Below are positions 47,468-59,162 of a stretch of DNA of 64,000 nt, piece after piece. The notes below the pieces were generated by a model. That model ran no database searches. It had not been told where the DNA came from and saw only the letters and a list, made by a program, of their open reading frames with translations. How positions within the stretch are numbered: position 1 is the stretch's first letter; each line of letters starts with the position of its first letter. The stretch is from Selaginella moellendorffii (taxonomy: Eukaryota > Plantae > Lycopodiophyta). The translations under genes and the position numbers were made by a program. Where the stretch lies: assembly GCF_000143415.4 (NCBI RefSeq), contig NW_003314308.1, forward strand, positions 972,654-1,036,653. The letters are read 5' to 3'.

Positions 47468-49229
47468 GATCATCGTGATGGACTTTCTTTTTTGTTCTAT
47501 CAAAAGCTTTAGGGTTCTTGGAGCTCGGGTTTACGCTGAATATATAAAAGCGTGTTAACCACGTGGATTTAGGTTTTTGACCAGAGTTTGACCGGGCTGT
47601 AGACCGTTGACGAGGAACGGTTGGGATGGAAACGGAAAGTGGTGATAACGATAACGATGAATCTGTCAACTTTCCTGATAGTTCTTTGTCTTTTGCTATT
47701 ATACATTGGCAAAAGAGCAAGGACTCTTTTGTGGTGTTATCTATCTTGGTTCGGACTAGACGTTTCCATATTTTAAAGAGAAAGCTCGAAGTTTTCCGCG
47801 AATGCTACATTGAGAAAGGCCAAGTCCAGTACACAAAAATTGGATGCTAAGAAGGGTCCACAAACCAAATCAAATCCGACCTAAGAACTTACAGTCTTAG
47901 TGCCTTCTACACTTTACACTTTTGTGGCGTCAAGAAAAGCAAAAGATGCCAACATTCATGAGCTCAAATCAAATGGGGATGCTTCACCAAACAAGGCTAT
48001 TCACACCTAGACCCTCTTTGTCAAGAAAGAAAATGGCAAATTTCCAACCTTGCAAGTCGAAATCCCTGAGGAGTGTGTAGTAACTACTGGAAAAGAAATT
48101 TTTACGGTTCTTATTACCTTCATCGTACAGTTGTCAAGCAATCCAGATTGGAAGGAACCATTCCTAAACAAAACATAAATGCATGATCGTCCATGGATCT
48201 TTTCTATACATTTACAATGCTTCTATCCCTTGCAGCGGCTGGCCACAAGCAAAAAGCCTGTGTACTATGCTTGTTTTTCCTGTAATGTAACCATTCATGG
48301 CTGTCTTGAGTCAGGGACAAGATGAGGCATGCAAAGATTAGGTTAAAAAAGAAGAAAAGAGCGTGATCGATGTGATGTGATAGACTGCTACCTTACTACA
48401 TCATCTGGCTGAGATGGTTGTACGGAAGTAGGAATCCAAACCGGACACCCAAATTGCTACAATCCTTTCAAAGCTGGCAACCATTGATACCCATCACATG
48501 GGCCCAATCCCCGTATGCTGCCAGGCATGGGTCTCGGCGCGCTGGTACTTTTGGCCATTGGCCATTTCTACCCCAATATAAAGACCAAGTGTTTGAAGCT
48601 CACCCAAAGCCAGTGTAGTAGAGTCCATCTTCTCTTTGGTCCTCACTCTCACAATTTCCCCCTTCCCTGTTCTTCCCATTTCCCCTTCCCTCTCTCTCCT
48701 CTCACTCTCTCAATTCCTTGCATTTCCATCCATTTGCATGGTTTGTGACGCGCATTGCGCTGCTGGGACTGCTCTGCAAAGTTTGGTTTGCTAGGATTTG
48801 AGGTTGTAGAAGTGTAGAAAAGATAGAACAATCTCTTTCTCTTTCTTGTGATTTCCATAGAGCCTGCTTACCAGAGAGCTTAACTGCGAGAGAGAAATTT
48901 GTCCAGAGAGACCGGTCTATGATACAGCACGGCGACTGGCTTTACTTTTGAAAGGAGCAGTGATTTTGCTACTGTCTCCCGAGGAGTAGGCTGTTCTTGG
49001 CTGTTTGAATTGCTGGGATCTTCCATTCGAGTAGGGGTGTTGTTGTTATTTTTTTTCATGCAACTCCCTCAAGACTGACTCTTAGATCTGGTAGTAGAAG
49101 CAGGAGAGATAAAAGCGAGCACAGAGATCAAACAAGAAAAAGGAACTTAGATTCACGTAGTTTGTCTGCTTGATTAATTACTCATTCATAGTCTCTTCCC
49201 TTTTCTCTTCATCCCTTTAAGCTATCTAG

Positions 49230-50925
49230 TGAGGACCAAAGGAATGGACTTGGAGCACTCCTCTCCAGCAAACATGTCGTAAGTTTCTTTTTCTTCTTTG
49301 CAAAAACTAATGGTTCTTTCTAACGCAGTCCCCGGAAGAAGTACTCTACACACTTCCTTATGTCCTTTGCTGCTTTTGATAGTTGCCGGAAACCTCCTGC
49401 CAACATCGATCTAAGGTAACACCAGCTCTTCCAGAGCTTGTTTGGACTGAGCTCTCTATAACAGGGAGATAAACTCCGAGGTTTCAGTAGAGGAGGACAT
49501 TCCGGAATGGAGACGGAGAGCGTCGACTCCCTCTCCAAAGAATGGAAATCGCAGTAAAAATCGTCTTTCACACAGTTTGTCGGCTTCGTTTCGTTCTCAG
49601 GGGAAAGAACACTGCTCGAACCGGGAAGAGCATGTCTCGACATTCCCCACGAAGAACAGGGTGGCGAAAGATGCTACTGTGAAGGTAAGAGTGTGTTTAG
49701 TTGAGATGGAGCTCGCTTAACTTTGGATGATTTGATTTGCAGCTCGACCAGCATCCGGTAGAACCCAAAGGTCTGTTTCCACGATGTTTAGTTTACACGC
49801 TCTTCATACGTGTTTTGCTATGGCAGGGTCTAATCCTCGCCGTCTGGACTACAAACTTCGACACAAACTCACACCTCTGGAAGTTGCCAAGGTTGATAAC
49901 GAGATCAAGAGAGGAAACTTTAGCGCTTCTCCAGGTAAAACTTCTCAGCAAAAGTGCTCGAAACTCATGCGTAGAACATTGATTCTTCTCCAGGAGCATC
50001 GGATAGTGAAACTTCGACCGAGCTTTCGGACCAGAAAATAGATCTGGACACTTTGTTCGTGATAGAAAAGAGCCCGGTCCTCCCGATGCCTACGGCTCCA
50101 ACACTAGAAGAGATCGAGAAGGACATGAAGGTGGGAGGAGGAACATCAGGCTTCTTGACATGCCAGGACGTGGAGAAATCCATCCTGACCGTGACCGAGG
50201 AGCTCGGTTCTAGCAGTAGTATCAGTCCAAGAGAGCAATGGCCGGATGGAGAAGACAAGGTTGCGTCCAAGCACATCCTGTCGCTGCTCCAAAGAAAGCC
50301 TTCAGACGAAGAACACCTCGAGGAGGAGAACGTAGAAAGTTGCAAGAAGGATCTCGTCGGCGAGCTCATCTCCCAAGTTCCCATCCTTTCGAATCTGGAA
50401 GAGATGCTCAAGATAGCCAACTCCGACTCCAAACGCGACGCGAGCTTCGGGAAGCGCCGGTTGATGTACAACGACACGATCGACTCCATGCGAACTGCGG
50501 TGAAACCATCCAAGCACGACAACATAGTAGCTCCAGGAAAATGCGAGAGTTTTAGTCCAGCCACCACCTTGTGGCAAACAGCGCAACCATTCCAGCAGCA
50601 GCAGCAGCATTGGGAGACCAAGCTTCCTCCTCCTCTCGGTGGCTTACTGCGGCCACCATCGCTAAACTACTCGGCTCCTCCAAATACTTTCCTCCACACC
50701 CGGCCAGTGGCAGCAGGGATGGGGGAAACTCCTCTAGTTCCTCAGGCTCTACAGGCCCTCCAGCGGCTCGTGGATCATCAGCTCCACATCCTCAACAGCA
50801 TCCCGGGCGAGGTTACTCCAGGGATGCTGCATCAGAGATTGAGTCGGAGTGTTTTGGGTTATCCGGCCACGGGAACTCACCTCCTCCTTGCAACTTCTGG
50901 TGCTCCAGCGTATAGATTTGCATGA
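49230..50925 (+). CDS. CBE1-like (conserved binding of eIF4E) protein, multi-exon; 5' end uncertain
   Basis: KKYSTHFLMSFAAFDSCRKPP (YxxxxLphi eIF4E-binding motif near 49335), FLTCQDVEKSIL and VASKHILSLLQ, recalled as conserved blocks of plant CBE1. Confidence 0.55.
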
Positions 50926-51150
50926 GCTCTATTCTAACTTGGTGAATCAACTTATGCACAGAACTTTGTTCTTTTATAAGCTTTCATATTTATTTATCCT
51001 TTTTACTATATTTACATGTTACATTTGTAATTTAAAATATTGTTTGAGGAAACAATCATCATTAAAATTACTCATCCACCTTACAGTTGACTAGTTAAAC
51101 AAAAAATATATTAATCAATCCTGGAGAATAGAATATTCTCAAAACCCCAC

Positions 51151-53062
51151 CTAGATGCTCTCTTCTCTCTCTCTACTCTCCACCTTCTTGGCTGGAAGAT
51201 TGATCCGCCTCAGCAGCTCTAGCGATTCATCGTTTGGCCTCACGCCCGCTGCCAGCATCCGTCCATCAAACCCAAACACTGGAACTTCTGCCTTGATGTA
51301 CGCCTTGAGCAGCCAGTTGTAAACCTCGACGTCGGACCCTTGTCTCTCACGCTTGAGATCGCGAACAATGCTCTCGGCCCGCGAGAAATCCCCCTGCTCG
51401 GCCAAAACTCGCAGCACCAGCAGCGTGGTGGCACGCAGCGGCTTGGGATGCCCCAGCAAGCTCCGATCCCACGCCTTTCCATACTGTATCAGCGCGTTGC
51501 TGTGATCCCTGGCGTCGATGTAGCCCGCCACCATCGCGTGATAGATCGCGGGATGGCACTCAAACCCGGCCCGGAAGAGCTGCTTGTAGAGCTCGTTTGC
51601 CTTCTCCATGCGCCCGTTGCTCGCGTACACGGCGATCATGGCTCGGTACGACTGGATGTTGAGAGTGAACTTGTTGCCAATCTCGTTGAACAGCCTCTCG
51701 GCGCGCTCCACCTCTCCCAGCTGCCTGTATGAATCCAGCAAGCAGTTGTAGCTGCTGGACGAGAACTTCTTGAACGTCTTGAGGAGGATGGAGCGTAAGT
51801 TCTCGATCGCGGCCAGGTCTCGCAGCAGCGTGTAGATCCGCAGCATGCACTCGTAGATGAAGAGCGGCTGCCTGGACGTGAGCTGCTCATCCAGAAACTT
51901 TCGTACCTCGGCCTCGATCCCGTCAAAGCCACCGATCTTCTGCTTGGCTCGCAGCACGATGAGGTACGTGTGAGCGTCGGGAGCTACGCCGAGAGAGCTG
52001 AGCTCGTCATACATGGCGCGGACCTTGTCGTCCTCGTTCTTGCGCTTGTACATGTCGAGCATGATGTTGTAAGGCTCGACGCGAGTGATCAAGTTAAGGC
52101 TCTTCATCTCGCTCATGGTGTCCTCGGCGGCGGGGATGGCGTGCCATCTCGCGAAGACTTGGAGCATCGCCGTGTAGGCGTCCTCGGATCTCAGCTCCGC
52201 CGGCATCTCCCAGAAGCACCTGGTCGCTTGGAACTTGGAGATCCGGCCAACCAGCTCCAGAAGAAGGACGTGGTCCGACTCCTCGATCTCGAAAACTTTG
52301 TTCCTGATCATCCAGTCGCATATCTACAAGACAAGAAGAAGAAATTGTCAAAAGCACGAGAAAGAGAAGAAGAAAAATCAAGAAGAGCAAGAGAAGAAAA
52401 TAACAAGGACAAGCAAGAGAAGCAAAGGACGAGGCAAAGAAGGAAAGAAACAACAAAACTGACGAGCAAGAGAACCAAAGAAAAAGAGGAAACATAGCAA
52501 AAGAAGCAAAGAAGACGAAGAAAAATCAAGACGTGCAAGAAAAGCAAAGAAGAAGAAGAAATATCAAGAGGACGAGCAAGAGAAGCAAAGAAGAAGAAGA
52601 AAAATCAAGAGGACGAGCAAGAGAAGAAGAAGAACGAAAACTTTGTTCTAGGAACTTACTTCGCGAGCCTGCCCAAACTTCGCAGTGATCCGGAGCTTGT
52701 AGATGACGTTGAGCAAGTGCTTCTTCTCCATCTTGACGCTTTGCATGTATTCTTGGACGATTGGAAGAACGCTCCTGCGGAAAGAGATCTTCGCGACGCT
52801 CTGCCACAGCCGCAGCCACGTCGTGTCGTGGTACTCGAAACGAATCTCATGGATCCCTCTCCGGAACGCCAGTCTCGCCGCGGCATTCTTCCGATCGATC
52901 GCAGAGGTGACACTGCTGGAGGGTTGTGACACTACCCTGCAGCGGCGCGGATTCTATGAATGAAAATCCTCGCATTTTCAGTGCGCTCGATCGACCATTC
53001 GCGGCCTACCTGGAGAGAAGCGAAGCCGCGCCTCGAGCTCCTCCTCGCAACGCTGCGCTCAT
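51151..53062 (-). CDS. P-class PPR protein, 3 exons
   Basis: Exon 1 MSAALRGGARGAASLLSR (53062-53010); exon 2 ends GQARE; exon 3 begins ICDWMIR.. and carries tandem PPR motifs (YNIMLDMYKRK, YNCLLDSYRQLGEVERAE). Confidence 0.88.
52330..52640. repeat. Purine-rich (GAA/aagaagcaa) low-complexity repeat expanding intron 2 of the PPR gene
   Basis: Repeated aagaagaagaaaaatcaagaggacgagcaagagaag-like units. Confidence 0.8.
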
Positions 53063-53066
53063 TCTA

Positions 53067-53094
53067 TAAACCCTAGAGACCGAGCTAGGGTTTA
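53067..53094. promoter_or_regulatory. Inverted pair of telo-boxes between head-to-head PPR genes
   Basis: taaaccctag-agaccgag-ctagggttta, a perfect 10-bp inverted repeat. Confidence 0.75.
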
Positions 53095-53101
53095 AGCGGC
53101 A

Positions 53102-54879
53102 ATGCGCAGGGCTCTTCGCCTGGGACGAAGTGCCGCAGTGATCCACAGGTAACATAGACTCGCTTCTGCGCTCTTGATGCGATTCTTGCCCCGGCAGGAA
53201 CGATTTCTTGGTTTTCCAGCCGAAATCTTGCCTCGCGCGCGCGCATTCCACGCTGCTGCTGCATCGATCGCCGGGATTCCAGTGTAATATCAAGAATGTG
53301 GGACTCCGGATGCTCCAATCCAGGCGCTATGTGTCCGAGACCGAGGAAGAGGAGGAGGAATCGCCAGACGGCGATGGCGATTTGGATGAGAATCAAGAAT
53401 GGCCGACGGCGGAATTGCCCGGCGATTGTGTGGATGATCAGGTTCTCATCCTCTGGGAGCCCAACGCGGAGGATACTTACGTGCAAACTCTTGCCCCCCT
53501 GTGGAAGAGAATCCTGCGAGCGCTTCCACAGAGCCAGCACAACGTGGTGGAAATGATCCAGGAGTGGAGTGACAGTGATTCGCACTACTTCCGTGCTTAC
53601 AACAGCGATCGCTTGAGGAGCTATCTAAGAGTTATCATCGCAAGGCTGCGACGAAGAAGCCGGTTCTTGCAAGCTCTACAGGTGAGCTCTCGGATGTTTT
53701 TTTTCTTTCTTCTCGGTTTCTTCTACAACGAGTTTTCTCTTCACGCAGATATCAAACTGGATGTTTCACGACAGGAGATTCACAGTCGCTACGCAAGATC
53801 TCGTGATGCGTTTGTACCTGACGAGTCGATCTGGGCTTTTCGAGGAGGCCGAGAAGATCCTAGCGGAAGTTCACTTCACGCAGCGCAACGAATGGGCATA
53901 CTTGGCGCTGCTCTCCGGGTATGCTAGCAGGAGGCACGTAACGAGAGCCGAGAAGCTGTGGAGGAGGATGAAAGAAAGAGGATTGACGAGGAGCCCGCAC
54001 GGCTACAACAACATGCTCATCATGTACAAGCGGAAGAAGGTCCACTCCAGGCTCCGCCAGCTTTTCGTGGAGATGGTGCTCTCCGGAGTAGTTCCCGATG
54101 CCACGACTTTTCTGGTGATTCTCAGCGCGCGAGAACAGATTGGTGGCTTCCAGGGGATCGAGAAGCGAGCTCGTCATGCCATGGCGAACTTGGAGATTCT
54201 AAATCTCCCGTGGTTCACCATGGAGGTGGTGATGCGAGTCTACGGCTTCCTCGGTGACTTGGAAGGGGTTGAAAGGATGTGGAAGAGAGTCCAGCGGAGG
54301 TCCAGCCTCCATCACACGTCCTTCTTGTGTGCGATAGAGGCCTTCAGCATGGCCGGGGCGATGGAAACTTCCGAGGCCATTTTCCAGAAGATGGGAAACG
54401 AGACCAAGGACTCTGATCTTCAGCGGCACTACGTGATGATCGAGGCCTACTGCCGGGAAGGGATGACAGGCAAGGCTCAAGGACTGCTGAGAAAGCTGAT
54501 TGCCAAGGGTCGGTCTCCAGCACCGTTTGCTTTCAACTCCATCATCCAGTGCTTCCTGAAGGACAAGCAACTCGACCGAGCTCTGGAGCTGTTCTATGTT
54601 TCCTTGAACCGGTTTGGGACAAGGCAGACATTGGCTCTGGGACCGTCCATTCTGGGAATCATGGAAGTATACGCTAAAGCCGGAGACGTGAACGCTGCCG
54701 AGCAGATCGTCCACAAGTGCCAAGAGTGCCACTACTTTTCGGACGTGAGGCTGTACAACGCACTGCTCAAGGTGTATCTCAACTCTCAAGTCCCAGCAAC
54801 GGGCATTGAAGATCGTTTCAGGGATTGCCTGATGCAAGGCGACACTGAATCGCTAGAGCTGCTGAGGAAGGCATTTTAG
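53102..54879 (+). CDS. P-class PPR protein, 3 exons
   Basis: Exon 1 MRRALRLGRSAAVIHR (53102-53148); introns 53149-53197 and 53682-53748; PPR motifs (YLALLSGYAS, YNNMLIMYKRK, YNALLKVYL). Confidence 0.88.
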
Positions 54880-56611
54880 GGAGAGAGAACAAGGTGTAAT
54901 GAATACATCTAAAATATCTAACAGCTACCCTTAAACTTTCTCTAACAAATTTCTCTTATCCCTAAGTCAAACGCAAATGGGAATCTTTTCTTGTTTGTAT
55001 TTTCTCCATTGATATTTATTTATACGTACAATGCTCATGGAGGGTCTTGAGAACTTTGCTCACTCATTGGCCAACTCTTTCTTTTCAGATTAGAATTCAA
55101 ACTTGTCACTCCATTGCATACTCCTCTCTTAATCCACTACAGCTTTAAGGATACCTAGCCACCTTGGACAAACAATCTCCACTTCAACAGCCTTTCCAAC
55201 CATCACATTTTATATTTTTTAATCTTATACAATGCCATGTTTGATACTTTGCTCAAAGTGCACCTTAATCTTGGCCTATAAGACAAACTCACATAGTGAA
55301 GAAGCTCAAAACTTTAAATTTTCCTCTTAGTTTCTATGAAGTAGCTCTTAGTTGTTTGTGAGATGAAAAAAGAAAAATGCTAACTCAAGTTCTCTTCTTG
55401 ATATTGTTGAACAAAATATACTAGATTGGAATTGAATCTTCAACACTACCAACTTTTTATGGTTTCATGAGTGATAAAACACAAATAAATTGTGAGCTAT
55501 TAAAGCCATTTACAATGGTGGTCTAGGCAAAATTAAAGCTAGTTGTAAGAGGAGTTTCCTTTTTCACAGTGTGAAAAGTTTACATAAGCATATAGAGAAA
55601 TATATTTAAGTAAAATACTGTGATAAGCATAAGCAATTATGTTGGAATTAAAAGTTGCAAACACTTTGAAGGATGTAGAGAAGTAATGCAAATTCATTTT
55701 ATTATAATGATTAAAACGAAATGCTTATAAAAAAGTAATTCCAAAACTACAAATTTGTCTAATGCAGTAGTTTATTTGATTATACACTAAGGGACATTAA
55801 TTTCTCAGGTGAACAAGCTAGTTCATTTCAATGTTTTTATTAATTCTTTCTCTCTTATAAATAAGTTTTGAAACAATTGTTGCCCAAGTGCCTAATAAGT
55901 CTTACAAAACGTTATTATGCAATTTAGTTATTAAAAACAAGTAACACATCTTTCTGATCCCAAACTCACTATAGGATTGACATTTTGGAGTACAATTTCT
56001 AGCGAAATTAATTAGGAAACTTGAAACTGTCATAATAAAATAATGTGCAAGTCAGTTGATGTAATTGATAAATTAACATCATCTTAAGTATGAGTATATA
56101 TAACCAAATCAGTGTTCCTAGGCAACTAAGAGCAATAGTCTTTCTAGGTTAAAGAATAAAAGATATATAAAATTGGCTAAGGTATACTTTAATTTGAAGT
56201 AAAATCTACTATCAAGTGTTTTATTTTGATTGGAGGAAAATGTGGTAAATAAGTTATTATAGAAATTTTATGCACTCAACCTCTTTGATAATGTCAATAT
56301 AAAGACCCTCCCTGTAATTAGGTTATTTAGTTTTATTCAATAGAAGTGCAATATAGGTTATCCAAAAATTAGAGCACATACCACATATTTGACATATTGA
56401 AGAAGGGGTGAACTTGGAAAATTTGGACAATGGTTTAGAATTTGAATTTTTAATAGTCCTAATTTAATCATTGCTACTGCATTATTAATTTTGTGCTGAA
56501 ATATATATTGAATACAATGCATTTATTTATAGATATTTCTAGAGACTATCACAGTGTTTCTAACTTAGTGTAAGCATATTTTACAATTATCTTATGCTAT
56601 AAAGTTCAAAA

Positions 56612-56719
<108 letters not shown>

Positions 56720-57051
56720 TAAGTAAGTAATTTTTAGATATTTTATTTTATTTTATTAAAATAATACAATTTAGAATATTTATTTTTATGTGAATCTGTA
56801 TAACTCTTTTAAATTAATCTTTAGCAATTAAGACTATTAAAATATTTATAACATATTAAAAAAATTTACATGATATGGACTTTAGTTTAGTTGGTAATCT
56901 AAATATAAAACTGATAATTATTGATGAAAATTCATGTGAATCAGAATGTTAATGAAGTATGAAAATTTAAATAATTTGCTAAGCGTTGCATATAGAAATG
57001 CTTGGTTTACTTAATAGTAGTGTTATTCCTACTTATTAATCAAATTCATCA

Positions 57052-57330
57052 AAGAAAAGTTTATAATTATAACCATGTTTATAATTTATAAACACAAGAT
57101 TAATCTAAATGAATGACAACAGTAGAATATCTAAGTATATTCTAGATATATCCACTACCATACAGGTTTGCTTAAGCAAACCAAAAAGAAGATTCTAGAA
57201 AGTATTTAAACAAGTTTATAAATTATGAATACAAGATTAATCTAAATGAATAATAACCACTAGATGATAAAATATCCTAGAATATCTAAGCATATTCTAT
57301 ATATATCCACTACCAGCTTAAGCAAACCAA
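57052..57330. repeat. Two tandem units of a dispersed AT-rich repeat with an 18-bp palindrome ggtttgcttaagcaaacc
   Basis: Palindrome at 57165-57182; inverted homolog at 14270-14425. Confidence 0.7.
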
Positions 57331-57500
57331 AAAATTATAAAATAGTTTGGCAGTGGCAACACTAAACTTGTACGTTAATGAAAGTCAAAGAGGACGGAGA
57401 GGATCTTTGGTCAAACAAATAAAAATTTACAAATGCCGTGCTATTGCGTTTTTAATATTATGCTTACGAAAGATTCCACTATCGCTTTGCAAAGAAACTT

Positions 57501-58166
57501 TTAAGTCATGCCGATGAGCTCTCTCAGCTTCTGGATGAGAGCACGGTCATCAATCTGGAACGCCTTGGCGATCACGTCGTCGTTGATGGGAGGATTAGAA
57601 TCAAACACCGCCCTGGCCACCTGAGACGCCCCGGGGTTCTGGCTGTTGAAGCCAGCGAGCGCAACCGCAGGCTCCTGTCCCACATTGAGCTGGAAGTGAA
57701 TGAGTCCCCGGGGGAAGACGAAAAGATCCCCTGGATTGAGCTTTTGGGCAAAGAGCTTGTTTTCCGGCAAGGTGGTGACGAATCCGACGTAGAGGGTCCC
57801 GCGCAGGAGGAAGAGCAGCTCGGTTCCTCGGGGATGGACGTGGGGGGGATTGGTGCCGCCGGGAGCGTAGTCGATGCGGGCAAAAGCAACACCAAAGGTG
57901 TTGAGACCGGGGAAATTGTTGACACTCGCCAGGGTGACGTTGGAGCCGAGCTTGTTGTAGGTGTTCCCGGGAGTTGCCAGGAGGCTCGACTTGAAGTCCT
58001 CGGGCTTCACATCGTCAGCCGCCTTGCAGACAACGCCGTTCACCTTGATCTTGGAGCCATTATCTGCAACGCAAAAGTCCTGCAGCATGTCCTCATCGGC
58101 TGCATGCACAAACAGGATGGAGCTGATTGCTAGAAGGAAAGGTAGAACAAAACGAAGATGAGCCAT
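57501..58166 (-). CDS. GLP: Germin-like protein (cupin), secreted, intronless
   Basis: Signal peptide MAHLRFVLPFLL.., LQDFCVAD, NGVVCK, GTNPPHVHPRGTE and FVFPRGLIHFQLN. TATA box about 50 bp upstream. Confidence 0.96.
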   Translation of the reverse strand: MAHLRFVLPFLLAISSILFVHAADEDMLQDFCVADNGSKIKVNGVVCKAADDVKPEDFKSSLLATPGNTYNKLGSNVTLASVNNFPGLNTFGVAFARIDYAPGGTNPPHVHPRGTELLFLLRGTLYVGFVTTLPENKLFAQKLNPGDLFVFPRGLIHFQLNVGQEPAVALAGFNSQNPGASQVARAVFDSNPPINDDVIAKAFQIDDRALIQKLRELIGMT

Positions 58167-59162
58167 ATTGCGAGCTTGGAAAGAAACTGATGGAGCTCTG
58201 AAGAGAGGGGCAGGTATTTTATAGCCGGAGGGGAGGCGGGGTCCTTCGGATGACCTCGTCGTGAATCGTGCACGATTTTTCCCAGTCAGGTTACACACGG
58301 TGTTCTTTTCCTTTCTATTTCATATTTTAGTCTTGCTATCCGCGTGATTTGCTTTCTGTGAAGTCGTCTCTGACGTTTTCTTTTAGTATGATGAAGCCGT
58401 CAAAGTCATCTTGTCTGTGTGTAATGAGGACTTTTGTTTTGATGCTAGGAACTAGTCCTTCTAGAGACTCCGTGAAGCGTGGATTTTAAGGTGATGGTTT
58501 GACATTAATTTGCTTTCTTCTTGCAGGACATTTCTCAATCCATGCTCTTAAACTTTTCTCTAATTTCTAAATCTGCACCTATCTTCTGGCAAGCTTCTTC
58601 CTCGCTGGATTTCTCCTTCTCTACTTTTAGTGGTCTCCTCCAGCAAGTATTGCTACAAATGGATTTAATCCAAGCACATTGAGGTATCCTTATTTCTACT
58701 AAATATACGATTACACTCAGAAAATAGTTTTAATTCTTATGAATATGTAAGCTGGGTGTTCTCAAAGTTAACAATTTTCCAATCTTTGAATGTGATGGAT
58801 CAACTTTGATTTCTGTATTGAACTTTGAGTTGTACATTAAATATGGGGGTTGCCTCATCAATCACATAGGAGTACATACAATAACAACGGACAAAAGCAG
58901 CTTGCTGCTCCTGGTGTTTGCTTTGCTCTCACACAGAAACTCAATCACAAATGCCAAGTTATATTCCCAGTGCTCTCTCCACAAACAAGAAAAAAATTAT
59001 TAACAGTTCACACAACAAACCAGAAATAACAAGAAACCAAAAACACTTAGATTAGGAAATCATGTATTTATCTATCTCCAATGCCAAAGCTGATGACTTT
59101 GACATCTGGATTCTTCTGAAGACTGACCAGTGCGCCTTCTTGCAATCTGATCCAAAAAGGGG

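Noticed and set aside
48400-49200. Possible miRNA or ncRNA locus
   Set aside because: No extended fold-back or recognisable mature miRNA was seen; it is better explained as promoter and 5' UTR of the downstream gene.
51970-52547. Lys/Glu-rich and Leu/Phe-rich ORFs
   Set aside because: They arise from the purine-rich repeat in the PPR intron and from antisense coding sequence.
54900-56600. AT-rich tract possibly transposon-derived
   Set aside because: No protein motif or terminal repeat could be identified by eye.
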